The notes under the pieces are model-generated. The model ran no database searches. It had not been told where the DNA came from and saw only the letters and a program-made list of their open reading frames with translations. From Rhizophagus irregularis (taxonomy: Eukaryota), in NCBI RefSeq assembly GCF_026210795.1, contig NC_089432.1, positions 4,836,001 through 4,900,000 of the forward strand: a stretch of 64,000 nt of DNA. Direction: 5' to 3'. The translations under genes and the position numbers were made by a program. Shown one piece after another: positions 1 to 12,907 of this stretch. How positions within the stretch are numbered: the first letter of the stretch is position 1; each line of letters starts with the position of its first letter.

Positions 1-29
1 CATTATTAATGTATGGATAATATAAAAGT

Positions 30-155
30 AAATAAAAAGCCTTTTCTAAATCTTTTTTAATACTTATTCCAATGTTCATAAAGACAACCAACTTCTGATT
101 GTCCATGCGAGAAATTATTATTAGCAGATTTTTCATAATATTCAAAAGCTAATTT
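30..155 (-). pseudogene. Sel1-repeat gene fragment
   Basis: Minus strand reads KLAFEYYEKSANNNFSHGQSEVGCLYE, then frameshifts into ISIKKDLEKAFY; closely resembles the Sel1 repeats at 23004-24068 and 49154-50170. Confidence 0.7.
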
Positions 156-994
156 AATATATTGGCACTTTAAGAATATGCATCTTACACGATGAATTTT
201 TAATTTAATAAATTATTTTAATACCAGATCATACAAAATTTGTGTTCTTTTGTTTTGCTGAAATCAATCAATATATTATAGATTACTATACATTAAACGC
301 GTAAAATTAATAAATTTATAAATTTTTAATAATCAACATAAATTTTATTAAATAAATAGTTCTTTTTTAAAATCATAATATTGACCATAAAGAAATGACT
401 TATAAAAGTAAAACATTACCACAATAGAAACTTTTAGAAAAAATAAGTCTATATATATAAGCGTCACAAAGTTATAACTAAGAAACCAATAGAATACTTA
501 TTTGCCCTTTCACAAAAAAAAAAGTTTCTCATTCGCTACTTTATACGAAGGTTTTTCAAAAAAGTATTTTATTTAATATACAAAATTCGTGTTCCTATTT
601 GCCATATTGATCATATGAAATTACCGTATGCCTTTTCATCTCGAAAAAAAAAAAAATGAATTTTAGTTAACTTGATCTAATTACCTTAAGTATTAACCAA
701 ACTATTTATTACGCATAAAATGATATAATCAAATGAAATTTCACTAAGAATTTGTAACAATTATCATTGAGCAAAGATACATTGAGCGGAATATTTGCAG
801 TTGCAAATATACTTACTGTATTACAGTTTTATGTTTAAAATCTTTATTTATATAGAATATTCTTAAATATAAAATCCAATAAATCTATATGTACTATATA
901 CTATAAAAATTTATAAAGTATAAATGAAAAAAAAATAAAAGTAAACTAACTTCAATACACGAATTAATATTCAACTTTCACATAAAAAGAAACT

Positions 995-2861
995 TCATTC
1001 AATATTATGTTCACTATCTTGATAAATTTCATTTAGTTCTATAAAAAATAATAAATTAGATATAGAATATTAATAAAATTACAAATAGTAATAACTTACC
1101 TAATTCACTTAATTGAACATCTAAGCATTCTGAAACTGAATATTACATATTTATAATATTTAAACGTTAATAAATTTAAATAAATAATTATAGTAATAAA
1201 GGGAATACTTACTTGGATTTGTTGATGTTGATTGAGCAGTATAATTAGTGTCTATTAAAAAATAAAAATAACATTAATGTAAAATGGATTATATGATAAA
1301 ACAAATTAAATTTAATTACCTGAACTGAATTGAAAAGATGATAAATCTGAAGAATTTACTGGTTTTGGAAGATTTTTGAAACTTAAAAGTCTACTAGTAT
1401 AAATTGCTTGCGGATGCGTTTTGAAGCTTTTGGATTCATCTTCATTTGACCTGTTTTTGAATTTTTCTTCTCTAATTTTATTATATTCTTCTATTTGAAA
1501 ACGAATTTCACTATTTTTGACACTGGAATACAAATCATCTAGTGTTTGATACAACTCTTTAGTGGTTGGTCTATTTTTTATTTCAGCATCCCAACATTTT
1601 ATTATTAAATCTGCAAGTAACTTTGGTATGTCTTTAGAAATTGTTGGTCTAAGTCCTTTACATATTTTAATAGCTAAAAATTCATTATGAGGGATATCAT
1701 TAAAAGGAATTTCTTCAGAAAGAAATTCGTTCATTATTATTCCAAATGAGTAAATATCTGCTGCTTTTGTATATTGTTGTCCACGTAAAACTTCTGGTGC
1801 CATATATGGTAATACTCCATAAATTCCTTCTTCTTTAACTGTTTGCTTTGTATTTGCTGGTTGACACATTCCTAAATCACTTATATATGGAGCAATTTCA
1901 AATAATATATTGCCTGAATGAAAATCTTTGTGAACTCTTTCAGCATTATGAATATCTAAAAGTCCTCTTGCAATTTGTCGTAATTGATCATTTTTTAAAT
2001 TAAAATATATAAAATTTTTAGATTTATTTAAATAATTTCTCAAATTTCCATCATCATAATATTTTATAACCATCATATACTCTTTATTATTTGGATCTTG
2101 AGTAATTCCAAAACATTGAACAATATCTTCAAGATAAATCTGAAGATGAGATTTAATCTAATTATGATATCATCAAAAAGGAAAAATTTTATTAATAAAT
2201 AAATGCAAATAACAATCCTTATATATAAGACAAAATAAGTTTAAATTACCTCATTTAAAAAGTCTGTACATATATCAGAAGAATTATTCAAACTTTTTAA
2301 TGCATATTTATTCCAACTATGTCTATACCACTTTTGATTTTTAATATCCCAATAAAAAATAAATCCTTCAGGCCATTCAGCTGAATAAATCTTACCAAAA
2401 CCACCCTCCGCAATATAAATGATATTTTGAAATTTTTCATAAGGTATCCATTCAAGATATTTTTTATGATGTACAGCATTAAGTTGTGATTGCTGTATAA
2501 ATTCATCAATAACTTTATTTCCACTTGTCCAATTTTTAAAGTTATCTTTAAATCTTTTAGCATTACAAGATTGACACCAATCTCTTCCTGTGCCAGGTTC
2601 TTTACATTCTCCACATATTCCATACGCTTGTTTTCTTTTTTCTAAATCTTCTATATAAACTACTCTTTCATCTACATTTTCCGATTCAATAGTTGAATCA
2701 ATAGTAGGAATTGTAACATGATGCTTTTAATAGACAAAAAATTATTAATATTTTTAACTACAAAAATTCAATAAAAAAACATAATTATTAAAAATATATT
2801 AAATTGCTATTACCTGAGATTTATAATCATACTTCCATAAATCTTTTGGCTTTTCATCCAT
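995..2861 (-). CDS. TKL protein kinase with N-terminal Cys motif, multi-exon
   Basis: GT-AG exons 2861-2814, 2723-2250, 2157-~1319 plus three short 3' exons ending TGA at 997-995. Motifs: CGEC..WCQSC, WTSGN, EGGFGKIY, YALK, HKDFHSGN, SDLG, YMAPE, DIYSFG. Confidence 0.9.
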
Positions 2862-3889
2862 ATTAATTGAGTTGTGGATTTATAATTTAATTTTAGTTAT
2901 ATAAATAAATAACTACGTTACTCAAAATAAATTTCAGAATTATTATGGGAAAAGAAAAAAATTATTATGAATTGAACGAAGTTCGCACATTTGTATTACT
3001 TATTTGTATTACTATTTGTACTACTATTGTATACAAAAATTACTATTTTTTGTAACAAAGAAAATTCGCAGCAGCTGATCATCATAAAAAATAAATCTAA
3101 CCCGAAATGGTTAAAATGAAAAATGCGAAGTAATCGGTAATGTAGATCATATATTTTTTTTTTTTCAAAAAAATAAATAGATAAACCTATAATAGAAAAA
3201 TCATTGCCAAATTATATATAAAAATAAATTAGTTTGGAATAAAAATTTTAAAATGAACCTTGTCTAGTAAATATGGTAAATGAAAGAAATGTAAGGTATT
3301 TCATACGAAATTTTATTGTATATACGTAAATCAATAATAATCTTGAAAAGTCTATTATGCAATTTTAAATTGAGTAAATTTTAAAACAAAAAAGAAAATT
3401 TATTTTAAATGATATTTATTTAATTATGCATTAAGAGATAATGATTTTATATAATTTTGATATTTAATAAATACAGTAATGTAATAAATAAATTTTCATA
3501 ATCTGACTATTGGGAACCTTTCTACCAGCCCAATTGTGATGTCAAATAAAAAATCTCATCCACCATAATTACATTTCTAACGAGAAATTCCATTTATTAC
3601 ACACACTTTCGCACATATAATAATGATAAGATTAATTAGAATTATAATAAATATTCAATAAAATAAATATAATCATAATGAGTCACTGAAAAATTTTCAT
3701 ATACAAAACCTTCGCCAGCAATTGTTGGATGCATCGAACCTGAAAGACTTTTTTGTTGCTCTTGCAAGGGGTTCCGAAACGATTATCGTATCCTTATATA
3801 ATTAATTTATTAACAATTAAAGCATTTAATATTTATTCATTTGTTCAAATTTTTTATATAAACTAAATCAATAAACAAAAATACCTTTA

Positions 3890-5570
3890 TTTAAATCCAT
3901 GCTTCAGCATTTGGCATTAAATTACGCACACCTTCATGTTTAATTGCAAGCATTTCAATGCTGTTCAATCCGTTGTAATTTACAAAGCATATAATAGGTG
4001 GAATTCCACCTTGTATTTACATCTATTTCATCTATTTCAGGCCGAAGATAATCAAGTTTCTCCATAGTGTATAATTCATGTAAATCATCACATAGCAAAA
4101 CAGATTTTTTAATTTTTGCTTCCCTATAAAAAAATTGGATACGTTTTTTATAAAGTTTTTATACGATTTTTTTTTCCTTAGAAATAACGTATCATAATAG
4201 GATACGGAAAAATGCACAATTCCGTATCACCAAAAATATGGTTTGGATACGGAATTTGCACGGGATTTATATGGAATTTACACGATTTGATCACTGATTT
4301 ATCACGAAATTTATACGATTTGGTCACTGAATTTACTATTTGTATTACAGTTTACTATAATTGTATTTACATAAATCTAATTTCACTTTATTAAATTAAA
4401 TAAAAAATAAAAAATAAACAAAGTACAAATACATTATGAAAATTCCCTCTTTATTAAAACCACCTATTGCAACCTAAATTATCTATAAGTTCAGGTTCAT
4501 TTGTAGTCAAACAACCTAAAAGAACGAAAAAAAAGATTGGAAACAAAAACCCCATCTGCAATCGTCAAAGTCACCAAAGGTCAACATTCCTACAAAAAAA
4601 GAAAGAGAACTCCAGAATGTCTGACATACATAAAAGAAAAGAATTATGAGGCGTCTAATGAAAAAGAAACCAAAACAACAAAATAAATCTAAAACTGACC
4701 TACAAAAAAAGAAGACTCTGAAGCAACAAAACTGAAACAACCTACAAAAAGAAAAGAATCTGAACCCAACATACAAAAAAACAAAAAAATTTGAACTGAC
4801 CTAAAAAAAGAAAAAAATCCTGAATCATCCTACAAAAAGAAAAGGACTCCCAAACTGGTCTACAAAAAAAAAAAAAAAGAAACTGAATATTCTCACAAAA
4901 AAAATCTGCTGGCCTATGAAATTAAATATAAATAAAGAAGAAAGGGGAATAAAGAAGAAGAGTGGGAATAAAAGAAAAAATTTTTTTTTAAGGGAGTGAT
5001 GAAAAAAAATTTTTTTTTCAAATTTTTCAAAGGAGAGTGACAAAAAAAAAATTTTTTAAAGTGAGGTACGAAAAAAAAATTATTTTTAAAAGGGGTGACG
5101 AAGAAAGAAGAAAAATTTAGAAAAAATAACAAAAATAAGACAAGAGAAAGAGAAAGGAAAGGAAAGACAGAAAGGAAGATCGGAAGATCAAACTCATCAA
5201 AGTAAGGGTTTATATAAAAAACAAAAAACGTATCATAACAAAACAATAAACAATCATGTGATCTCGTGTTATGATACGGAATTTTTGTAAAATTATCTTC
5301 TAAAAATATTAAGTTTAAAAATTCCGTATACATTCCATTCCGCATGATTAATTTTTTCCGTATACATTTCTTATACATTAGTTTTTTAAAAAAATGTTCA
5401 AAAATGAATTACTTATTAAATATACGGAATTTGTATACGGAATCTATAGAAACGTACATAAAATGTATACAAAACGTATCCTTTCCGTATACATATTTTT
5501 TATAGGGCTTAATTTTCGTACATTCAATATTTCCTTATCAATTATTTCCATCCTCTGTGAGAGAGCACCT
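3890..5570 (-). pseudogene. hAT transposase relic, interrupted by the 4122-5507 element
   Basis: Joining the flanks gives GMEIIDKEILNVRKL / KIKKSVLLCDDLHELYTMEKLDYLRPEIDEIDVNTRWNSTYYML; D(V)xTRWNSTYxML is a hallmark hAT motif. Frameshifts are present. Confidence 0.8.
4122..5507. mobile_element. Non-autonomous TIR element with CCC termini (CMC/CACTA-like), copy 1
   Basis: Ends CCCTATAAAAAA ... TTTTTTATAGGG, 3-bp TSD CTT (4119-4121, 5508-5510), subterminal TACGGA repeats; near-identical copy starts at 54214. Confidence 0.88.
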
Positions 5571-6119
5571 TATTCTGCTTAGCGTTTTGATAAGCCTGTG
5601 TCCTCTATTGTAAGCAACTATCAAATTACCCCAGGAATAAATGGTTATAACCACCAATGATATCGCAGTATAGTATCCGGATATAATATTAAAGGTAAAT
5701 TAAAAGAGTTTTATATTGCATAAGAAATAGGGTAAATGGGTAATGTGATTTCGTCAATGACAAATTTTGAACCATTACAATGCTCAAAACCGGCTCACGA
5801 TGGCTGCATTCTCCAGCAAAGATGGCGACAGTCTGCATGGTCTTGAGGTTCCACAAACGTATAGAAAGAACTTTACTCGAAAATATGTCCTTCAGACGAT
5901 TTCTTGAAGTTAGGTGAAGTTGGCTCGTAAAATTGTTTGGATTTTTAATTTTTTGTAAAAAAATATAAAATTAAATTTTCGTATCGTATTAAAAATATGA
6001 TACTTTTAATAGCCTTAAAAGCATTCTTTTATAATATCTATGGTCAAGATTTTGACGAAATCTTTAAGCAAACTACTATCAAGGAAAAATTGTCCTTTAT
6101 AATAATGTCCTAAGAATCA

Positions 6120-6383
6120 TTCCAATAAAACTTGGAGAAACAATTTCCAATGAATCAAAATCTTTACGTAAAATTCAATCCGGGACAACTCTTTCTCATC
6201 GAAGAAATAGCTCCATAAAATACGCATCGCTAATCCTTTTCAAACATTGCTGTAAATGTTTCCTAACGCGTTTTTTTTCTCATTCCAAATAAGAAACTTG
6301 AAGTCTCTAATTTTAAGTTTATCAACATCGATTATAGAATCATCACAAACGTTAACCATTATATAATTTAATGATACCTTCAT
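6120..6383 (-). pseudogene. Degenerate Crinkler-like gene fragment
   Basis: MKVSLNYIMVNVCDDSIIDVDKLKIRDFKFLIWNEKK, stop, then GLAMRILWSYFFD; resembles Glomeromycotina CRN-family proteins from recall only. Confidence 0.35.
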
Positions 6384-7997
6384 TTTGGAGATAAGAAATT
6401 TTTTTTTTAGAGAAAACTATTAGTGAAAGAAATATTTTTTTTTTTTGAGAAACTTTTAGAAAAAGATATAATTTTTTTTAGAGTGAACCTTTTGAGAGGA
6501 AGAAATAATTTTTTTAGTTTGAGAAAAACTTTTTAAGAGAAACAAATAATTTTTTTTATTAAGTTTTAAGAAAACTTCAGAAAGTTTGAGGGTATATATA
6601 AATTCATTGTGATTAATAAAATAGTACTTCGATAAAAAAAATCATATTATTAATTCAAAGTGGCACTGTTTCCGATTGTGGCGCAATGTATCAGTAAAGA
6701 ATTCTCATATTTAAATCAATTTTTCGGCTGTACGGTTACCGAAACGTGACTTAGCTAATCCCGGGGGCTGATGATGAACTACATGTAATAAAATCATATA
6801 GTTTTTATATTAATAATTATGATTGATGGGAAGAACATGAAAGATTTTGATCGATATAATACAATTAGAACATCCGCTTTGACGCAATATTGCCATTACG
6901 TAACTAAATTACATTTATGCAAAAATCGTAATTTTGATAGTACAACAGTTTTATTATAAGTACTATCTATTGTCCTTCTTTTCTTACACGTAATATTCTT
7001 TTTTTTTTTATCCCTAAATTTCACAATTATGACAAAAATATCTGATTAATTTTTAAATACACCAGCAAATGATTATAAATTTCTTGGCTACTATAATTAC
7101 CGCAGACAGCAACCTGATTTCACGTTTTTATTCTGTCATTCAAAAAAGAAGCTTGCAATCTCTCTATCGAACTAGAGAAACTAATAACTCACGAGAAATT
7201 AAAATGGCTGCATTTCCTAAAATATCATGCATATTGTGAAAAAAAAAATCTCACATTATTTGATAATAAAATACAAGAACGAAATTAATCATCTGGCGTC
7301 CAGATTTTAAGAAGATTTCCAAACTTTCTTGTTAGAATAAGTTATTTATTACCTAAAAATAAATGATAAAAATATATTAGAAGACTCGAGTACTCTAAGT
7401 AAGCTTTGTAGAAAAGACAGATTCAAGCCCCCACGCCCACTATCAACTGACATTAACGATATATCGTGAGTGATCAAACTCGTGCAGAGGTACTGTCACA
7501 TTGATAATAAGACATGAGACGGGAAGGGCCCCACATACAGAAGTCTGCGACATAGCTTGAGTATTATTTTTCTCATTTAAGGTAACCAGACTTCTAGAAG
7601 AGGAGGATAACCAAAGCACTCTAGGTGCACAAATCCCTTATACATCCCAGCTTAGTCATTTCCACTTACCAAAATAACAAAAAAAGCCCAATAAAATTAT
7701 CTTTTTTGACATTTAAGTAGAAATCTTCCAAGGCTTTTGTAGAAAGGATAAGAATGAAATCTTATATTGTATGTATTAAATATAATAACTGATAAGTTCA
7801 AGAAAGTTATAATAACCATTGGACAGTAACTGTAAATAAAAAACGCGTGATAGGTGACAAAGCGACGCGAAAACATTTAATTACGAGAGTTATGTTGTAA
7901 CAAGTGTTGATGGAGGGTGGTTGTTTAAAGGTGCTAGAAAAATGTTGATGTTTGGATATTAAAGAAAAAGACAAATGTTAAATAAATAAATAATATT

Positions 7998-8232
7998 TAA
8001 AGATAATAATAAATATTAAAAGGAGAAAACTTTTGAAAACTTAAAAGATAATAAATATTAAAAGGAGTAAGAAACTTTTGAAAACTAAAAAGATAATAAA
8101 TATTAAAAGGAGTAGAAAAACTTTCAAAGACTAAAAACTTTAGAAAACTAAAAAGATAATAAATATAAAAGGAGAAAAAACTTTTGAAAAATAAATATTA
8201 AAAAAAGAAATAAACTTTCGAAAACTAAAAAG
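7998..8232. repeat. Degenerate ~45-bp tandem repeat
   Basis: About 4-5 copies of AAAGATAATAAATATTAAAAGGAG..AAAACTTTTGAAAACT. Confidence 0.75.
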
Positions 8233-8689
8233 TCTAAAATGAGGTTTTTATAGATAATTTACTGTGAGTCATTGTGATTAGTACTATGATGTAAGATTGT
8301 TTACGCGCCATATCCATTACGCGTATGTTGATAATGTTATTTAAGTCTCATCGCTCCAGCTTATATAATAATGTGTGTAACCTGAGTTTTTGGTTCCCGG
8401 TAGTTTCCCGGTTCGTAAATATAATTTGTAACTTTTTTACAACAGTATATACCAAATTTCTTTATTTACAGTTAGTAACTTCGTCCAAAAATTTTTAGAT
8501 CTAAGCGTTAGGGGATCAATTCTTTAATGTTATAAATCAAACAAATATCAATAAACGAGAATTTTGAGCCAGTTTATCAACACTTTACAAAATGAAGGGA
8601 TGTTGTAATACATTAATTCCGTCGCACTAATCATAATTTTTCGCGCGCAATTATCTATACTTTTTTCGTAATCAGTAGTATATGGATTC

Positions 8690-9120
8690 GTTATTATTGC
8701 CAATCATATATTCTTGCTTCTTAAATTTAAATGCATCAAAAATAAATCCTGAAATATGGGCAAGCAGTGAAAATAATACCAATGCAATTGAAGCTGCCCA
8801 TGCACTCGCTAATTGGAGCTTAAATTATTAACTGCAATAATTAGGTATTTTTTTAATTTAATTAATTTTAATTTAATTTGAAGTATTTTATTTTATTAAT
8901 TAATTATTTCATTAAAGGGACATAAAATTGATGAATACTTGGAAGTTATGGATACTGAAAATATATTTAAAGTATATACTGTATATATAGATTGCGCGAG
9001 ATTCCAAAACTAAAAGACACCGTCATGATAATGATTATATTGAATATACTATTACCTTATTCACGACGTGATAAGATAATGGAGGAGTAAAAAGGAAATG
9101 CAAAGCAATTATTCAAAAAG
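8690..9120 (+). pseudogene. Degenerate, possibly transposase-derived fragment
   Basis: QSYILAS / LNASKINPEIWASSENNTNAIEAAHALAN / LKLLTAIIR then GT intron; NTNxxExxH recalls the MULE-type catalytic Glu region (inference). Confidence 0.4.
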
Positions 9121-9369
9121 TATTTATGAAGTATATTTTAATGATTATTACCTTCCGTACAGCCAGATGTTGGAGATTTATGAATAATACGAATATCCAT
9201 CATAATTCCAACATATTCCAAGTAACTCATTTTAATTTTGTGTCAATTCTTTATTAAATTTAATTTTTCATAAAGAATTTGGTCCAGGTTCTGAACCTCT
9301 TACAAAAATCTAAAAAAATGTTTTGTCATTAAGTTCTGTAAATACTTTATAAAACCAAATACTTATACA

Positions 9370-9627
9370 CATAAAAAGTTATAGTACCAAATGAGTATGT
9401 TTGTATTCTTAAATACCGTAAAAGAAATATTTTCTTTTAATGCGTTACGAAGTTCTTCAATACTATTAATTTCAGTTGGAAGTTTGATAGTGGAATCTAT
9501 TAAAGATATGGAAATATTAAAAAATTCTTCTTCATAATCAGCTTTCCAAATGTAATGATATTTTCCGAATATCATTTATCCATTCATCTGCTGAATGTAT
9601 ATTTCCATCATATTTTGGAATATCCAT
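9370..9627 (-). pseudogene. Gag-capsid-like N-terminal domain gene, frameshifted
   Basis: MDIPKYDGNIHSADEWINDIRK, frameshift near 9562, then YHYIWKADYEEEFFNISISLIDSTIKLPTEINSIEELRNALKENISF; PxYDG...EWI resembles retrotransposon gag starts. Confidence 0.55.
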
Positions 9628-10200
9628 TTTTTTTTTATAAAAAAAATGAGTAAAATCCAATATTTATATTTAAACCAGCTAGCCAAAAAGATACCGATCC
9701 TCAAACAAAATTTTGATCTTACCAAATTCAGAAGCTGCATGCGTTTTTTTAACTTATAGTGATATGATGTTGCAAATCTGGGAAAATATAACGATATACC
9801 GGATTTTGAGCAATTACCGAATTAACGGACAAGTTCTATTCAGCTGTTAAATGGAAAAATAAAAATAAAAATATTACTATTATTATTGATTTGTAATAGC
9901 ATCATATAGATCAGTAGAATGGCTTAGTTAAAATGGAATAATTGCTGATCTTGATTTTGGGCTTTGAATAAAAATTTTATTTTAACCTATGTAAATAATA
10001 ATTATTATCAGTTTAATTCAGTGATTATGATAAAAGCATCTAATCAATTTACATACAGTAAAGAATGCATTTACTAGTTAAATTTATTAAATTATTTAAA
10101 GAAATGTCTATGAATTTATATATTCAATTATAATAGAAACTAGAGAATGACCTTGAGATTCTAAAGATAAAAAATAATAATACATATTCTTTATTATAAA

Positions 10201-11311
10201 CTAGCAGTCACCCGTTGCTTCGCACCGGGACCAATGAGGTTGTTTAAATAGAAAAATTAGTATTATAATGTAATACTAAATAAATTAAAGATGGTTATAG
10301 TAGTTTTTTGTTTTTAAATTATATTTATAATATTAGAATGATATAAATTATATTTACTATAATATAGCTTATATTAATGATTTGATGTTTGCGATTTAAT
10401 AATTTTTCACCTAGGGTGATTGAATATTTTGAATTCATTCTTTTTAGGTCTTTCGGTTCTTCTTTGTAACTACTAAGGTATGTTTTTTATTTTATTTTTG
10501 TTTTTGTTTATTTATTACATGTAATTTCTGTTCCCTACTAACTTTATTTTTCTTTTAGTTTATGGGTTTTGTTTTTATTTGGTCCCCCTGTTTATCTCAT
10601 TTTGTCCCTTCTCCATTTTTTTGTTTTCTTTTTGTCTCTTCATCTCTGCTCTTTTTATTCTTCCTTTCCTTCATTTTTTTCATTGTTTTTTATTTCCTCT
10701 TCGTTCCTTCATCTTTTTCATTCCTTTACACTACCCTTCGTTCCTTTCATTTTTATTCCATTTGCTCCATTTCGTTCCCCTCCGTTCTTTTCATTTTTTT
10801 CCATTCCCACTTCTCTTTACACTACCCTTTGTTCCTTTCATTTTTTTATTCCCTTTGCTCCATTTCGTTCCCCTCCGTTCTTTTCATTTTTTTCATTCCC
10901 ACTGGATCTTTTTCGTTCCTTTTGTTTCTTTCACTCCCCCATTTCGTTTCTCCCTCACTGCCCCTTTTTTCATTCACCCTCATTTTTTTGATTAATTTTT
11001 TATTAATTATAAACTTTATAATTTTATATTACGTCAATCTTAAACTTATAACTAACTTAAAAAAAAATATTTGAATAATTAAATGTATTTATAAAATCTA
11101 TTCATTTCATTTATTATTATTCAAAAAATTCCGACTAAGGTAAAATTTTATTAACTGAAATTGGATTAATTGACTGGAATCAACCATAAATAGATCAGGC
11201 GGAGGCATGTCACCGTTTTAATTACATGGCATGGGATTTCAAGTTACACAATTCAAATTATTCATGCGGAGACAAATCCATATGTCAGACAAATTTTTTT
11301 AGTTATATAGA
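10201..11311 (-). mobile_element. Non-autonomous Helitron
   Basis: Minus strand 5' A|TCTATATAAC at 11311; 3' end CCCGGTGCGAAGCAACGGG hairpin + TGACTG + CTAG|T at 10201; inserted between A and T with no TSD. Confidence 0.85.
10724..10900. repeat. ~90-bp pyrimidine-rich tandem duplication inside the Helitron
   Basis: CTTTACACTACCCTT..GCTCCATTTCGTTCCCCTCCGTTCTTTTCATTTTTTT occurs twice. Confidence 0.8.
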
Positions 11312-12761
11312 TAAGTAGATGTGTTATATAGATGGAAATTTGATGCAAATCTTATTATTACATGAAGATGATGTTGCAGTATTGTAGAATTTATTATTTA
11401 TTTATGTGTTTACAAATACATTATAAAGGTAATTTTAAATAATTTATTGATATAAAAACAAAAATACCATCATAATGTTCTATTGTTAAAAAAATCTATA
11501 TTAACCTATATAATTGAAAAATACATCTCAAAAAAAAAACACCTGTTATAGGGATCTATCATTATTGCTAAAGATAGTTAATTACTTATTGCTTATCAGT
11601 ATTAGAAAAATGTCAGTTACCGATCCATTATTATATTTTTCTATATTAAAATTTATTTATTTATAGAATATAGATTATTGTTATTCCTATAAAAGTTAAT
11701 TACCTATCATTTATAAGTATTAGTGAAAGGGTGGTTACCGAGAATAAAATTACATTAGTAATTAGAATGAATTTGCCGATCAAGTGGTCTTAACTATTAA
11801 GCATAGATCAGGCGCGAACACATTAATAGATCATATTAAATGTTACACAACATTAGTAATTAACATTGTATATATCGATCAGAACGTAATAGGCCAGGTG
11901 CAGAGGCGCAGATGAATAACAATTCAAAAATTATTTATATAGGCTAATCTAAACGTTAGTCACACAAACACAATTTTTTTAATTATATAGATTCAATGAA
12001 AATTCAAATAGTCATAAAATTAGACACGCAATCATATGATGCAATATAAAGCTGATCGTCCGTATTTAACGGGATCAAGCCTCACAATCCGCCAATGATA
12101 TCTACGGCTTCAATAACTATTATACTAAGCCTTATTATTGTTCATGGAAGCTAAGTTTAGCTATTAAAGTTTAGATTATCAAAATAAATCAAAATAACAT
12201 GTGAAATTCTAGAGATAGAAAAATCTAAAATCAGAATACTAAAATCAGAATATTAATTCTTAGTGTCATCCAAATTCTGAGGCGCAAATACTTATATAAG
12301 TATTACAACATATTTTTGTATATTTTTCATTTCGATTTTTTTTGCTCCTATTTTGTGGAATTTCTTCCACAAAATGACGACTTATCATTCATCTTTAACT
12401 GTATATTGATTAATCGATTTTGGTATAGAGCAGCAATATTTACGCACGTTCCTTTTACGTAACTAATAAAAATATAATCGTGGAAATTTTACAACTATAA
12501 AATCTAACAAAACTTGCGGTATTAAACTATTAATAATGTTAATATTTATAACGAAAACAAACCATTTTTTAAATAACAAATTAATTTTTAATAAATTATA
12601 TCCCGCCTCACAAACTCCCTTTTTTAGCTCTCGATAAGTCTCTAACACGACAAAACTTCCTGCACAAGAAAGAGTCTCCTTTATTATTAATAACTTCAAT
12701 TAAGGCTTTTTTCAAATTATAAGGCATTTTGTTGCATTTACTATTCGGATTGCTCTGCTAA

Positions 12762-12907
12762 GACCCAAAAGACGGTGCCTGAATAGGGTGAAGTCGAGGA
12801 AACTCTGATGGAGGCTCGTAGCGGTTCATATGCAAATTAATCGTCAAACTTGGTATATGAGCAAAGGGCTAATCGAATCATCTAGTTCCCTCAGGATAGC
12901 AGAAACT
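12762..12907 (+). pseudogene. Degenerate 28S (LSU) rRNA fragment
   Basis: GACCCAAAAGACGGT..GCCTGAATAGGGTGAAG..GAGGAAACTCTGATGGAGGCTCGTAGCGGTTC..CTAATCGAATCATCTAG..TTCCCTCAGGATAGCAGAAACT follows the conserved fungal LSU segment, with substitutions and internal deletions. Confidence 0.9.

Noticed and set aside
2297..2623. 108-aa ORF
   Set aside because: Wrong frame of kinase exon 2.
4467..5378. Lys-rich and Phe-rich ORFs (also 54592-55521)
   Set aside because: Products of A-rich low-complexity transposon interior; frames are not conserved between the two copies.
10562..11074. Three overlapping Phe/Pro/Ser-rich ORFs
   Set aside because: Stop-poor pyrimidine repeat inside the Helitron; open in all three frames.
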